Notes: generated from the letters alone by a model not told the origin. A stretch of 64,000 nt of DNA from Malacoraja senta (GCA_038087875.1 CM075989.1:7504001-7568000); one strand, 5' to 3'. Shown: positions 13,668 to 26,327, counted from the first letter of the stretch. Numbers and translations: made by a program.

Positions 13668-13790
13668 GAGAGAGAGGGTGGGAAAGAGAGAGAGAATGGG
13701 AGAGAGAGGGTGGGAAAGAGAGAGAGAATGGGAGAGAGAGGGTGGGAAAGAGAGAGAGAATGGGAGAAGGAGAGTGGGAAAGAGAATGAG
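13668..13790. repeat. Purine-rich minisatellite, about 32-nt unit GAGAGAGGGTGGGAAAGAGAGAGAGAATGG
   Basis: Three to four tandem copies are visible directly. Confidence 0.85.
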
Positions 13791-15749
13791 TTATGATGGT
13801 ACAGAGAGAAAGAGAAATGGTGCATGCCTACGATATTGGTCTAAAAAGGAATGAGGCCCTGGAGAGTGAATATTGAGAGTTCGACAGATTAACAAGATGA
13901 GTCAATCTCATTTATTTGTGTGAATTCCAGCCTTGTAGATGAGAATTGAGTAAAATAAATTTAGTTTCGAGAGATGTTGGAAACAGACCCTTGAGCCCAC
14001 CAACTCAATGCCGACCATCGATCACCCGTTGACACTAGTTCAATGTTATCTCACTGTCTCATCCACTCCCTACACATTCGGGGTGATTTACAGAGGCCAA
14101 TTAACCTACAAACCCGTACATCGTTGAGATGTGGGAGGAACCCAGAGGAACCCCGCACAGTCACATGGTGACATGCAAACTCCACACAGACATCATCTGA
14201 GCTCGTGATCGAATCCGGGTCTCTGGTGCTGTGTGGTAGCAGCTCTACCAATGTTGTGCTAATATTCATTATTCTTTTTTTAATTTTAATATTTTGAACT
14301 ACCACTTTTCATATTAATGTGCTTTCATTCCTTTGAAAAATGAATTGCTTTCAATTATTTAAAACTAAAATAATTCCAATAATTATACAATCACAGTCAT
14401 ACAGCCCTTTGGCCCAATTTTCCCACGCCAATTATGATGCTCCCGAGTCCCGTTTGCCCGTGTTTGATCCATATCGCTCGAAACCTATCCTATCCGCGTC
14501 CCTATCCAAGTGTCTTTTAAGCATTGCCAGAGATATTTACAATCTATTACAAAGCCTCAATAGTTTTGAGAGGATGCATGATGAGTCGGCATGGAAACGG
14601 GCTCTTCAGCCCATCATGTGTGCACCAACCATCAAGAACATTGATCCTATTCATTACACATATTATTCTGCCCAAGTTCCCATCATCATTCCCACCATAT
14701 TCTAGCACTCATCTATAAACCAGAGACAATCCGCTTTAGCCCATTTACTGTATCTGCCGGCGCACACGTGTTTGGTTATGTGGGTGGCAACTAAAGCACC
14801 GGGGGCAATGGAGAGAATGTGCAAACTTTGCATGGGCAACACTGAAGGTGGGATTGATCCCAGCTCGGTGGAGCTATGAGGCAACAGCTCTGCCATCTAT
14901 TCCACTGTGCCATCCATTGTGAGACATGGCTGCCAAGGTGTGTTGGAGAGCAGAGCTTCACCACTGGAACACCCCTCGGCCTTGCTCAATGCCTCACAGG
15001 GTGTTGAAGGATGAGATCCTTCAGCCCTCAACCTCTGGCCTAGGTACAATACCGAGCCAGCTGCCAGGTGAACCCAAGCACCACTTAATCCAATCAGTGA
15101 ACAAATTTAGAAGAACGTTAAAACACAAAGCCTTGTGTTTGCTCAAATGAAACCGTCGGCATACCAGATCAACCGACCGTTTGGGAAATCCAAAGCCAGT
15201 GACGGCACCAATGCCGAACACAAATGGCTTTGAACTGATTCGCCCACTTTCATGGAAACCCGATGCCCCTCTTCTTTCTCCTCTTTCCTTGCACGCATTC
15301 GAACCAGATGTCATCCTGACATGACGTTTCACCAACCCTGACCAGTCAGTTTTCTTTCAAGTACTTCCCGGAAAGCAAGCCTTGATTTGGTGTTATTGAT
15401 ATGACCTGCCATACCAGCGCGCCAAGCTGCAGTGAAAGTTCACCATTAATTTCCCATGAAGGAAAAACAAACAGGAAATGTAGTTTTCTTTTGGGAGAAA
15501 GCCGTGCATAAGCCCTGATCCATTTGCTGTGAAAACAGCTGTTCCTGCTCATTTAGGTTGATTAATTGCAGACACATTATTGTCATTAATTTGTTGAAAG
15601 GTGTACACGTGATTTTTCATTTAATTCTCATTTTTGTCTTGTTAATGGTCCAACAACTGATCTTGCACTTTGGAGTTTTTCCCTTTTGCTTCAAGGTGAT
15701 TTCTATACTTCTCAATCCCAGATTCATTCGCACTTTATTTCTACCCTTA

Positions 15750-16079
15750 AAGCCCTGTCCCACGGTACGAGTTCATTCCAAGAGCTCTCCCGAGTTTAAA
15801 AAAAAAGAACCTCGTGGTAAGCACGGAGAATGAACGTAGCGGGTACGTCGGAGCTCGGGGACGTCTCTTAGCGGCTTGTTACGCTAACGGCAGGTACTCG
15901 GGAAGACTCGCTAACGGCAGGTAAACACGGGAAGACTCGTGAAGATTTTTCAACATGTTGAAAAATGTCCACGAGAGCCCCGAGTACCGACGAGTGGCCA
16001 TTACCGTAAATCTCCGAGTTCGAATCAGGGCAAACTCAGGAGAGCTCTTGGAGTGAACTCGTACCGTGGGACAGGGCTA
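15750..16079. mobile_element. PIF/Harbinger-type MITE
   Basis: About 45-bp terminal inverted repeats (AGCCCTGTCCCACGGTACGAGTTCA...) flanked by TTA/TTA; no coding content. Confidence 0.8.
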
Positions 16080-18049
16080 TTACATTTTCTCGTTCAGGTA
16101 ATGGACTCCTAAGGTTTTGACTGTCAAAATGTCAAAATGTTTCTTCCCCATTGGCGTTCTTCCCACCAATAACCAGCAAACAGAATTGTTTATTCCAACA
16201 CGGGTACATATCACTGAGCACTAAAGTGCTTTTAAAAAGAGGGGGGGAAATGTAATGCTCCCATAAATTTCTCCTGCGCAATTAGGAATATTCATCCGGC
16301 AATTTATTCTTTCTTCCTCCATGGGTCTCCTAGAGCAGTGGAAACCACGGCAATTTCTGTACGCCTCAGCTATAGGGGAGTTTCCATGTCCACAAGTTCA
16401 AATTAAAATGAGCTGCTTTGTGCAATCACAGAACCTATGATTTGTTTAGAGGCACAAGGACCTGCAGGTGCTGGTTTATACAAATAAAAAGACACAAAGT
16501 GCTGGAGTAACTCAGCAGGTCAGCCAGCCTCCCTGGAGAACATGGATAGGTGACATTTCAGGTCGGAACACTTCTTCGGAATGATTGGCGTGTGAGGGTA
16601 AAGGGGGTGAGGAGAGGTGGGGGGTAGGACAAAGCCTGGAAAGTGATTGGTGGATACAGGCACTCCAACACTTTGTCTTATTTTGGGGGATAAACCAGCA
16701 TCTGCAGTTCCTTGTGTTGCCATTTTACTGCTCCACTGCGAAAACTCCTCAAGGAATTAAAAAAAAACCCTCGCCTGTATCTACCCATCACGTGCAAGGC
16801 TTTATCCTGCCCCCACCGCTCTTCCCGGTTTCTCCCCCCACCACAATCAGTCTGAAGTAGTGCCCCAACCCAAAATGTCACCTATCCATGTTTTCCAGAG
16901 GTGCTGACCGGCTGAGGACTGAGGGCCAGGACTTTGTGTCTTATTAAAATTATTTGTTTACTTTAGTTCAGAGATGCAGCATGGAAACTGGCCCTTCAGC
17001 CAACAAAGTGCCCGCCAACCATTGGTCACCCCTGTTCACACTAGTTCTATGTTTTCTCACTTATGCATCCACTCCCTACACACTGGGGGATAATTTACAG
17101 AGTCCAATTAACCTGTCTTTGGGATGTGGGATGAAACCGGAGCGCCAGGCCATGATCACCGAGAGATCGTGCAAACTCCACATAGATAACACACGAGGTC
17201 AGGATCAAACTCGGGTATCTGGCACTATGTGGCAGCAACTACACTACTGTGCCACCACTGTGGCATGTTGTAACTGGAGACCTGCTATGATTGCCATGTT
17301 TTCCCACTTTCATGAGTTGTCGGTAAGCTATCACACCACAATCTCCAACCACATAACCTGTAGTCTGACATATTTTTGAACCAAAGACCTTCCCCTCAAG
17401 AGACAGCCACGTGGTGGCACACAAGTCTTTTCTGCCTCAGCTGTCCTGTGTCAGTTCATAGCATCCTGATAGGAAGTTAGAATTGCTGCAGAGGGTCAAA
17501 GAGTAAAGGGATCCTGTTGTTTCTGAGTGAAATGGGCAAACTAATCCTAAAGTGAATACCACAGGACGTTGTCACCTTTGATCTGAGGAAACAATTCTAA
17601 CTTCCTGTCAAAACCAAAACAAATGGCCACTTGGGGCAAAGGCCAAGTCCATGCTCTTCAACCCAAAAAACATGTTGTTTTTCAGATTCTGCAACAGCTG
17701 AAAGCTATTTTTTAATCCCTTTGACTGTTAGGTCTGCTGGTCTTGGCAGGGTCTTTTCCAATCACCTGCATTCTGTGTACTTTGGTTTATATACAAGCCT
17801 AGACCACTTATGTCAGCAATCATTATGTGAGAGACGCCAATATAACATGTGTACGCTGCCTGCTATTATGCTTAATGAAGGGCTGGGATGGAGGGATTTC
17901 AAGAGAAAAAGTGAAGATTAAACAGGGGAGGGAGCTTCAAACTACACCAGGATCAGAATGAAATTTAGGATTTATCTCCAAGTTGTTCACACGGGTGATA
18001 ACCCTTCAATTAACATCACTGATAAAAACAAAATAACTGTCCTTTATTT

Positions 18050-18366
18050 AGCTTTAGTTTTAGTTTTGGAGATGCAGCACAGAAACCGGCCCTCCGGCCC
18101 ACCGAGTCCGCAATGACCAGCGATCCTTGCACACCAGCGCTATCCGACACATCCTAGGAACAATTTACATTTATACCGAGCCAATTAACCTACAAACCTG
18201 TACGTCTTTAGAGTGTGGGAGGAAACCGAAGATCTCAGAACAAACCAGTGCATGTCACGGGGAGAATGTACAAACTCCGTACAGACAAGTACTCGTAGTC
18301 GGGATCGAACCCGGGGCTTCTGGCGCTGTAAGGTAGTAGCTCTACCGCTACGCCGCCGTGCTGCCC
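18050..18366 (-). mobile_element. V-SINE (HE1-like), full length, minus strand
   Basis: Reverse complement of the same element. Further minus copies at about 4177-4445, 13960-14260, 16955-17260, 31090-31405, 38325-38610, 44660-44935, 46490-46832 and 60570-60870. Confidence 0.85.
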
Positions 18367-19881
18367 CTTAATTTCATTGCTGTTTTTGGGGAGCTTGCTG
18401 ACTTGCAAAATAATTGATACCTTTTCTACATTACAACAACTTCAAGAGAATCTCATTGACTTGAAGACATTTTGCCATAGACCATGAAAGGAGCATTGGT
18501 AATGGAGGGGTTTCTTTGATTAACACGACAACTTATGAGCACTATGACCAAAATTGTACGTTCCAATGAGAAAAATAATTGTTTTCATTTCTAGAGGTTT
18601 GACGTAATGTTGGCTTCATGGATATTAGAGTGTCCCATGCTGTTTGAAGTTTCTGCGTGTAGCTTTTTCCCACAGCAGTGTTAATCTGTGTCTCCCATCA
18701 GTCACATAGCAATTTCCTCAAGCCCCTGCTTCAACTCTGAACAACCACTTAGTCATTGAATCATAGAGTCATAAGACATGGAAACAGCCCAACAACACCA
18801 TGTCAACCAAAATGCCCATTTGCCCCTATTTGGCCCATATCCCTCTAAACCTTTGCTACCCAGTACGTATCCAAGTATCTTTAAAATGTTGTGATAGCAC
18901 CTGCCTCAACTACCTCCTCTGGCAGCCCATTCCATACACCCCCCCCCCCCCCGAGTGAAATAGTTGCCCATCAGGTTTGCCCATCTAGGCCCTCTCAGCT
19001 TTTTGAATGGCCTACTTTGGATATAAGACTGCAGTCACCAAATCTATCCCCTTCATGATTTATACACCTTTATACACAAGATCGACTCTCAACCCCCCTG
19101 CGCATGCAAGAATAAAGTCCTAGCCTGCCCAACCTCTCCCGCAAGCTCAAGCCCCCGTGTCCTGGCAACATCCTTGTAAATCTGCACTGCACTTTTTCCA
19201 ACTGACACAGATTGTGAATAACTGGGCTCCAAGCAGCAAACCCTTCCACCCCCACCCCTCCCCCCCACACACACTCACACACACACACATTTGTCATATC
19301 CTGTCAAATTGAAAAGCACCCATATATTCTCACTCTTTGCTAAATGTCTGATAATCAGTTCTCAATCTGTAATTTGAGGAACTCGGCAGGATCTTTCTGT
19401 CCTGGGCCTTCTCCATTGCCAGAGTGAGACCACACGCATTCAGGAGGACAGCACCTCATATTCTGCTTGGGAAGCTTACAACCTAGCAGTATGAACATTG
19501 AATTCTCCTGTTTTTTGGTAATTAACTTACAGACCACCGTCTCCTCCTCCTTTCCCCGTAAAGATTGGTAACTAACGCTAACATGAGCTAACTAAAGTTC
19601 ACAGTTTCAAGAAGCAGAATTTGGCCATTCAGCCCATCAAGTCTGCTCTGCTATTCAATCATGGCTGATCTATCTTTCCCTCTCAACCCCATTCTCCTGC
19701 CTTCTCCCCATAACCCCTGATACCTGTACTAATCAATAATCTGTCAATCTCAATTAGCATTGCAAGGCTTTTTAGCCCCTTGAGCCTGTTGCACCTTTTG
19801 GTCAGATGATAATTTGTCATACAACTTAGATTGTCTGCAGAGATGTGAGCCCAGGGTTACTCAATTATTGCTTCTGTTGCA

Positions 19882-20286
19882 AAATGTGGATTACGGGAAT
19901 GACTGAGACCTTGCATTTGGAAAAAATAAGATTTGTCTTAATTGACAAACCAGAATTATTTGTTAGAATATGGTCCCCATTTATTGAATTTTTGAAAAAG
20001 TGAATTGGTTTAACATAAGATCAGGGTTGAAACCTGCGTTTGGGATTGGATGAATAGTTATACTCAACATTTCCTTGATCTATCGCCACAATCTTGTTAT
20101 TGGTAGTTTCCTTTTGCGTCTCCTTTTTTTTCAATTAGTTTCTCTCATCTTTTTCTCTCTTTATCTTTATTCTTCAAAAAAATTCTTTAAAAAAAAAACT
20201 GAAGCTATGTAAGAAATCTGTAATTAAATTGTCGCTCACTATTATTCGTATACATGCTTCTTATAAAAATACTTATTAAAAAAAAT
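19882..20286 (+). mobile_element. 5'-truncated L1-type LINE (ORF2 C-terminus, 3' UTR, A-tail)
   Basis: Encodes MWITGMTETLHLEKIRFVLIDKPELFVRIWSPFIEFLKK* (LEKI...W.PF motif of fish L1 ORF2 ends). A-rich tail and 17-bp target duplication TTATTGCTTCTGTTGCA (19865-19881, 20287-20303). Confidence 0.85.
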
Positions 20287-20304
20287 TTATTGCTTCTGTT
20301 GCAG

Positions 20305-20663
20305 GTAGAGGATGATCAGAATGTGGTGTACGAAATTGGTGGCGTGACGACAAGCAGCTCAACCGTCGGGGACCCTGAAGCCTCGGAGACCCTGGAAGGT
20401 GGCGTTTTCTTGCTCCCCACCACTGCCTTTGAAGTGCAAGAGCCAAGCCCGCAGCAGAGCCCCGCCGGCACAGAGGAGACGTCTGGGCAGCGGGACGGCT
20501 GCCCCGTGGTCTGCGAGGCGGAGGAGGAGAAGGACAGCATGGCCGAAGTGCCCACCCGCGGCCCCACCTTCAGGCCGTCCATCAGGTCGCTGTCGCCCTT
20601 CCGGAGGCACAGCTGGGGCCCTGGGAAAAACACAGGCAGCGAAACCGAGATCAACCAGCGAAG
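20305..20663 (+). CDS. AKAP13: AKAP13 coding exon, 359 nt, phase 0 to 2: VEDDQNVVYEIGG...EEEKDSMAEVP...RSLSPFRRHSWGPGKNTGSETEINQR
   Basis: ttgcag acceptor and AG|gtagga donor. Contains RSLSPFRRHSWGPGKN, matching the recalled human PKA/14-3-3 site region (Ser codon at 20611-20613). Confidence 0.95.
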
Positions 20664-21752
20664 GTAGGATGGGAAGAGAGAGGTCAGGGTGCAAGCAAGA
20701 GGTCGGCGTCCATATAACGCCATGGGCAGACACTTGTTCAATGGCAGACACTTGATGGGCAGATACCTGTTCATAATGCATCATCATCCTTACAGTGCAG
20801 AAGACATGAGCTAACTAAAGTTCATAATTTCAAGAAGCAGAATTAGGCCATTCAGCCCATCAAGTCTGCTCTGCTATTCAATCATGGTTGATCTAGCTTT
20901 CCCTCTCAACCCCATTCTCCTGCCTTCTCCCCATAACCCGTACCTATCAATAATCTGTCAATCTCAATTATCAATGCAAGGCTTTTTAGCCCATTGAGCC
21001 TGTTGCAACTTTTGGTCAGATGATAATTTGTCATACAACTTAGACACAGCCTCTTTGGCCCACTGTGTCCATACTGACCATCAAGAACTTATCTATACTA
21101 AACCCACATACCAGCATGTGGTCTATAGCCTGCTATGCCTTGACAATTCAAATGTTTGTCCAAATGCTTCTTAAATATGAGCCTCCCTGTCTCCAGATCC
21201 TCAGACAGTTCATTTGAGATTGCAACTACTCTGAGTGGAAGAGATTAATTCCCGAGTGTCCTTTCTCCTCACTTTATTCCTCAGTCTCATCTTAGACGCC
21301 TCTGCCATGGGGAAAAGTTTCTTACTATCTCACAGCTTTGGATGCCGACAACTGTGCCAATTTCAACTGTGGACCATTTTCCTGTATTCCACAATACCCT
21401 CAGTTAACAAAATTATCTTAGTTTCCTCATTAACAATTGGTGTAGCATCAGTTTTCTCCTGAAGAAGAATTCAAAATTGCTACCATTCGCATATTTCATA
21501 AGCCACTCACAGAAACATGTCATTTAGGCCAATTGGTTCATTCCAACATTAATATTTTTTGTGTGCTTCCTCATTGATATCCCACCATAACTAGAGACAT
21601 CAGGGTCACCTTTGATGTGGGTCTGAAGAAGGATCTTGACCCGAAACTTCATTTATTCAATTTCTCCAGGGATGCTGCCTGACCCGCTGAATTACTCCAG
21701 CACTTTGTGTCTGCCTGTCGCCTGACAGTTTGAATTTCTTATTCTTTTATTT

Positions 21753-22460
21753 TCATAATCATAATAATCATAATCATACTTTGTTAGCCAAATATGTTTT
21801 GCAACAAAGGAGGAATTTGATTTGCCATAGTCATACCAATAAAACAACAGAACACACAAAATACATTTTAACATGAACATCCACCACGGTGACTCCTCCA
21901 CATTCCTCGCTGTGATGGAAGGCGAAAAAAAGTTAAATCTCTCCCTTATTTGTCCTCCAGCGGTCGGGGGCCTCTAAACTTCCATTGACGGGACGATCTT
22001 GACTCCCATAGCCAGCGGCGGGCCTCCTCGTCAGGGCGATTAAGCTCCTGCATCGGGGGGAATCTCAGCTTCCCTGCGACGGGCGATCTACCCCGGGTTG
22101 GGGCTAGTCGAACGTCGTGCAGGTTTTGGAGCTTCCCGACGTCGGTCTCAACCCGAGACTGCGAGCTCCTTGATGTTAAAGTCCGCAGGCCGCGGTTGGA
22201 GCATTGATCCCAGGCAAGGAATCGGCTCCGATTGTAAGTCCACGCCCCACGGTGGGGCTCAAAGTTAGTCCCGAGCGAGGCCTCCAGCTTCATGATGTTA
22301 GGCCGCAGAGCGACCGGAGATACAACCCTGAAAACAATCGCATCTCCGGCAAGGTAAGAGAATGGAAAAAAGTTTCCCCCGACCCCCCCGCCCACATAAA
22401 ACAAACCAGAAAACATGAACACATACTTTTTAAACACACTAAAAACAACAAAAATAAACG
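21753..22460 (-). mobile_element. CpG-rich non-autonomous retroelement, unclassified
   Basis: Minus-strand (ATT/ATG)n tail. Shares the CCTTCCATCACAG.GAGGA...GTGGTGGATGTT block with 22664-23469 and about 49525-49780. Confidence 0.55.
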
Positions 22461-22663
22461 TTAATGAAGACTCGAGTTCATGATCCAGTCCACATTGATC
22501 CAACGTTACCATTCACAGCTCCCATTTCCCTTGCTGGAGTAATCAATTATTTCTCTGTAGGTTTGCGACAGAACCATTTAAAGCACACGATTGCTTCATG
22601 GTAACTAATAATTACACAGACCTGACTTGCAACATCATCTGTCCATGGGGCAGCAAGGTGGCG

Positions 22664-23469
22664 GCGCTGTTGCACAGCTGCGGCTCGCCTGCAGTCCGTC
22701 TGTTTTTACTTTTGTTGTTTTCTTTTGTCCTGTTTTAGTTAAATTTTAGTTATTGGGTTGTGTGGGGTGGGTGGGGGTGAAACATGATTTTTGTCTCTTC
22801 CTTCGGGGGAATGCGACTTTTTCTTGTCGTATCCCCCTTCTCTGCCTCCGTCTGCGCTGAGGCCAAAATGGCGGAGCTGCCGGCCTCCAACTCCAACTGC
22901 GACCAACCGACCTCGAGGCTCCGGAGGCAGAGCCAGGACTTACCAGCGCGGGGCTGGCCGGCTGCGGTGGCGTTCCGGCGGTGGTGACCGAGGACGCTGG
23001 TGGCGACCTGAGTCCGGAGGCTCGGCCGCGGGCTCGGAGGACGACATCGTCGGGAGCTCGCAGGTCACAGGTGGGTGACCTGTTTTTCTGGACCTCCCGC
23101 AACTACAGCTGCGTCCGCTGGACTGGAGGGCGGCAGCTTCGGCCACCCCGGGCCGCGGAGTTTGAACCAGCCCGTCGCGGACGGAGCACGGATTCAGCCG
23201 CGGGACTGACTTACCATCACCCGGCGGGGTCACAACGTCAGAAGCCTGGATCGCCTCAGCGCAGAGGGAGAACAAAGAGGGAAGAGACAGAGACTTTAAG
23301 ACTTTTGCCTCCATCACAGTGAGGAGGTGCCTGGTGAACTCGCTGTGGTGGATGTTAATTTGTGTTTATTGTGTGTTTTGTTATTTTATTATATGTATGA
23401 CTGCAGGCAACGAAATTTCGTTCAGACCGAAAGGTCTGAATGACAATAAAGGAATCTAAGTCTAAGTCT
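22664..23469 (+). mobile_element. CpG-rich non-autonomous retroelement inserted in a SINE head
   Basis: GC-rich body and TGACAATAAA plus (TCTAAG)n tail. Flanked by AAGGTGGCG (22655-22663, 23470-23478), after which the V-SINE resumes. Confidence 0.6.
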
Positions 23470-23761
23470 AAGGTGGCGCAACAATAGAGTTGCTGCCTTA
23501 CAGCGCCAGAGACCCGGGTTCGATCCTGACTATGGCTGCTATCTGTACGGAGTTTGTACATTCTCCCCGTGACCTGCGTGGGTTTTCTCCGGGCGCTCCG
23601 GTTTCCTCCCACACTCCAAAGATGGAGAGGTTTGTAGGTTAATTGGCTTCAGTAAATTGTAAATTGTCCCAAGTGTGTAGGATGGCCCTAGCGTACGTCG
23701 TGATCGATGGTTGGCGTGGACTCGCTGGGCCAAAGGGCCTGTTTCTGCACTGCATGTCTAA

Positions 23762-24093
23762 AGATTCAGATTCAGATTCAGATTCAACTTTATTGTCATT
23801 GTGCAGTGTACAGTACAGAGACAACGAAATGCAGTTAGCATCTCCCTAGAAGAGCGACATAAATATGAGCAGTAAATAAATAAATCTAATCTAATAAATC
23901 CTGGTGGGAGGAGTGTCCGGGGGGGGGGGGGGGGGTGTGATTGGCAGTCACCGAGGTACAGTGTTGAGTAGTGTAACCGCCGCAGGGAAGAAGCTGTTCC
24001 TGGACCTGGGTCCGGCAACGGAGAGACCTGTAACGCCTCCCGGATGGTAGGAGGGTAAACAGTCTGTGGTTGGGGTGAGAGCAGTCCTTGGCA
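23762..24093 (-). mobile_element. Rex1/Babar-type LINE 3' fragment
   Basis: Minus strand DCSHPNHRLFTLLPSGRRYRSLR...NSFFPAAVTLLN and a (TGAATC)n tail. A related piece lies at about 52560-52870. Confidence 0.7.
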
Positions 24094-24773
24094 TTCCCTC
24101 CACAGATGCGGCCTGACCCACTGACTTCCTCCTGGACTTTGTTTACATTTTAAATTCACCGTCTACTGGAGTTTGAATATCTGGACTTTTCATACTTAAA
24201 CTTCTGTAGTCAAGGAAAGAAAACTTGGATAGACACAAAAACCTGGAGTAACTAAGTGGGTCAGTAACATCTCTGGAGAAAAGGAATAGGTGATATTTCG
24301 GGTTGAGACCGTTCTTCAGACTGACTGAAGAGGAGCGAAAGTGGGATAGCATAGAACTATTGTGAACGGGTGATCGCTTGTTGGTGTGGTCTTGCTGGGC
24401 AGAAGGGCCTGTTTCAATGCTGTATCTCCAAACTAAACAAAACTTGATTCAAGTGGCTATACTTCCAAACGTCTTGTCCTTCGTTGTGGTAGAGTTTACT
24501 GATGCTGCTGAAGTTAGTGAAGAATCAACCAAGGTAGCTCAATTCTTAAAAGTCATGGTATTTGTGGATGGCTTTGAATATCAGTTAGACTAAATGGACT
24601 GAAACTTGTCCATCCATCCATCCATCCCAAAGTAAGCTGTTCCTAGTTTTTTCTTCTTTGTGTAAAAGTTTAAAAGTGAAATATCCAGATATTTAAACCC
24701 TGGATAATCCTTTAGTGTCTGCAACCTTTAGTTACTGAAAAGCAATCGTGTGACTGAGTGGTTCTGTCACTTA

Positions 24774-25501
24774 AAGGCCTGTCTCACGGGTATGCGGTTA
24801 CTGGCGGTGAAGCAGGAAGTTGGGACCGCTCGTGGACCGCCAGAGACTGCGAGGTCGGTCCCACGCACATCGCCGGCACCGTACGGTGTTGGTCCCAACA
24901 CCGCACGGTGCTCACAAAAACCGACAACGTTCAAAAATGTTGTCCTACCGCACAGCCGCCGCCAGTGCGGCACGAGCACCGCCACAGCCGCCGCCAGTGC
25001 GGCACGAGCACTGCCACAGCCGCCGTGAGCACCACTAGCACCGCCACAGCCGCCGCCAGTGCGCCATGAGCACCACTAGCACCGCCACAGCCGCCGTGAG
25101 CACCACTAGCACCGCCACAGCCGCCGCCAGTGCAGCACGAGCACCGCCACAGCCGCCGCCACAGCGCCGCGATCACCACTAGCACCGCCACAGCCCCGCG
25201 ATCCGAAATGACGTCATCGCGTAGCGCGTCGCGTTGCGCGATGTCGTCATCACCCGACGTCGCGCTCGTGGGACAGGCCGTGCGGTGATCACTCGGCATA
25301 CGCACGGCAACAGCTTCCGGTAAGGTTTAATTTTTTTTTACTTACCGCAAGCTCGTGGGACCGGCTGTACGGAGATCACTCGGCCCCCGCGCGGCATCCG
25401 TGCGGCGTTCCCGCGGCATATGCACGGCGCTCTTGCGGTAGCCGCGCGGTCCCCGCTTCCGGCGATGCCGCGCTTCACCGCCTGCCTGTGGGACAGGGCC
25501 A
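24774..25501. mobile_element. CpG-rich PIF/Harbinger-type non-autonomous element with internal minisatellite
   Basis: Imperfect terminal inverted repeats (AGGCCTGTCTCAC... / ...GTGGGACAGGGCC) flanked by TTA/TTA. Tandem GCACGAGCACCGCCACAGCCGCCGCCAGTGCG-like units at about 24950-25195. Confidence 0.7.
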
Positions 25502-26273
25502 TTACAGAGAAAGGAATTGATCTAATTTCAGTGACAGATTATTCTGGGAAGGGAGATGGCAGCTGTAAACAAGAGCATTGGATCAATACAGACTACATCA
25601 TGAACTGAACACGAGTTGTCTGCATTAAGGAAAGCACAAAGTGATGGAGTAACAAAGTGGATTGGGCGACATCTTTGGAGAGAATGGAGATTCAGACTGG
25701 AGAAGGTTTCCGACGTGAAACATCACCTATCCATTCCCTCCACAAGTCCTGGCTAATCCACTGAGTTACTCCAGCACTGTGTGCTCTGCTCAAGATTCCA
25801 GTATTTGCAGTTCCTTGAGCCTCTCCCGTGTTCAATATTTGAAAAACACCATAAACAGAAATTTAACATAACAGTCCGGCAACAGGAGCCATTTTGTGGG
25901 AGGGGACCGTTTTCCCAGAAAAATGAAACATCAAAGGTGACCTGATGTCCCAAGTTACAGTCTGTACGGATCTGAAAGAGGAAGCACACAAAAATAAGAC
26001 ATTCATGTTGGCATGGATGATTTGGGCCAAATGACATGTCTCTTTCATTGGCTTATGTAGCATGAGATCACAGCAAACAAAGAGGAAGATGTGGTTTCAA
26101 TTGTTGTCTGATATCTTGAACTTCAGACAGATTGGATGCTGAACTATCTTTGCTTGGTGTTATCCCTTGCTGTTGTTTCTCGATTACTTTTTGTTCTAAT
26201 TTTTCAGCCTATCTCGCTTCATTCATTTCTTTTCTCCATTGAATGATTGTTCATCTTCATGGTTCATTTTCAG

Positions 26274-26327
26274 TTCTGTGGGAATGCTTGGTGAAATCAT
26301 AAAGTGGCTGCCAATTCATAGAAGAAG
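26274..26327 (+). CDS. AKAP13: AKAP13 alternative exon A, 54 nt, phase 2 to 2: (S)SVGMLGEIIKWLPIHRR(S)
   Basis: ttttcag acceptor and AAG|gtaata donor. Resembles recalled human SSMRVLGDVVRRPPIHRRS. Confidence 0.88.

Noticed and set aside
13666..13854. Glu/Arg-rich ORF
   Set aside because: Translation of a purine minisatellite.
20316..20787. Antisense and alternative-frame ORFs over the large exon
   Set aside because: Expected by-product of a GC-rich coding exon; no independent signals.
24931..25305. Ala/Gly-rich ORFs or a CRISPR-like array
   Set aside because: A tandem minisatellite inside a MITE, with no unique spacers and in a eukaryotic context.
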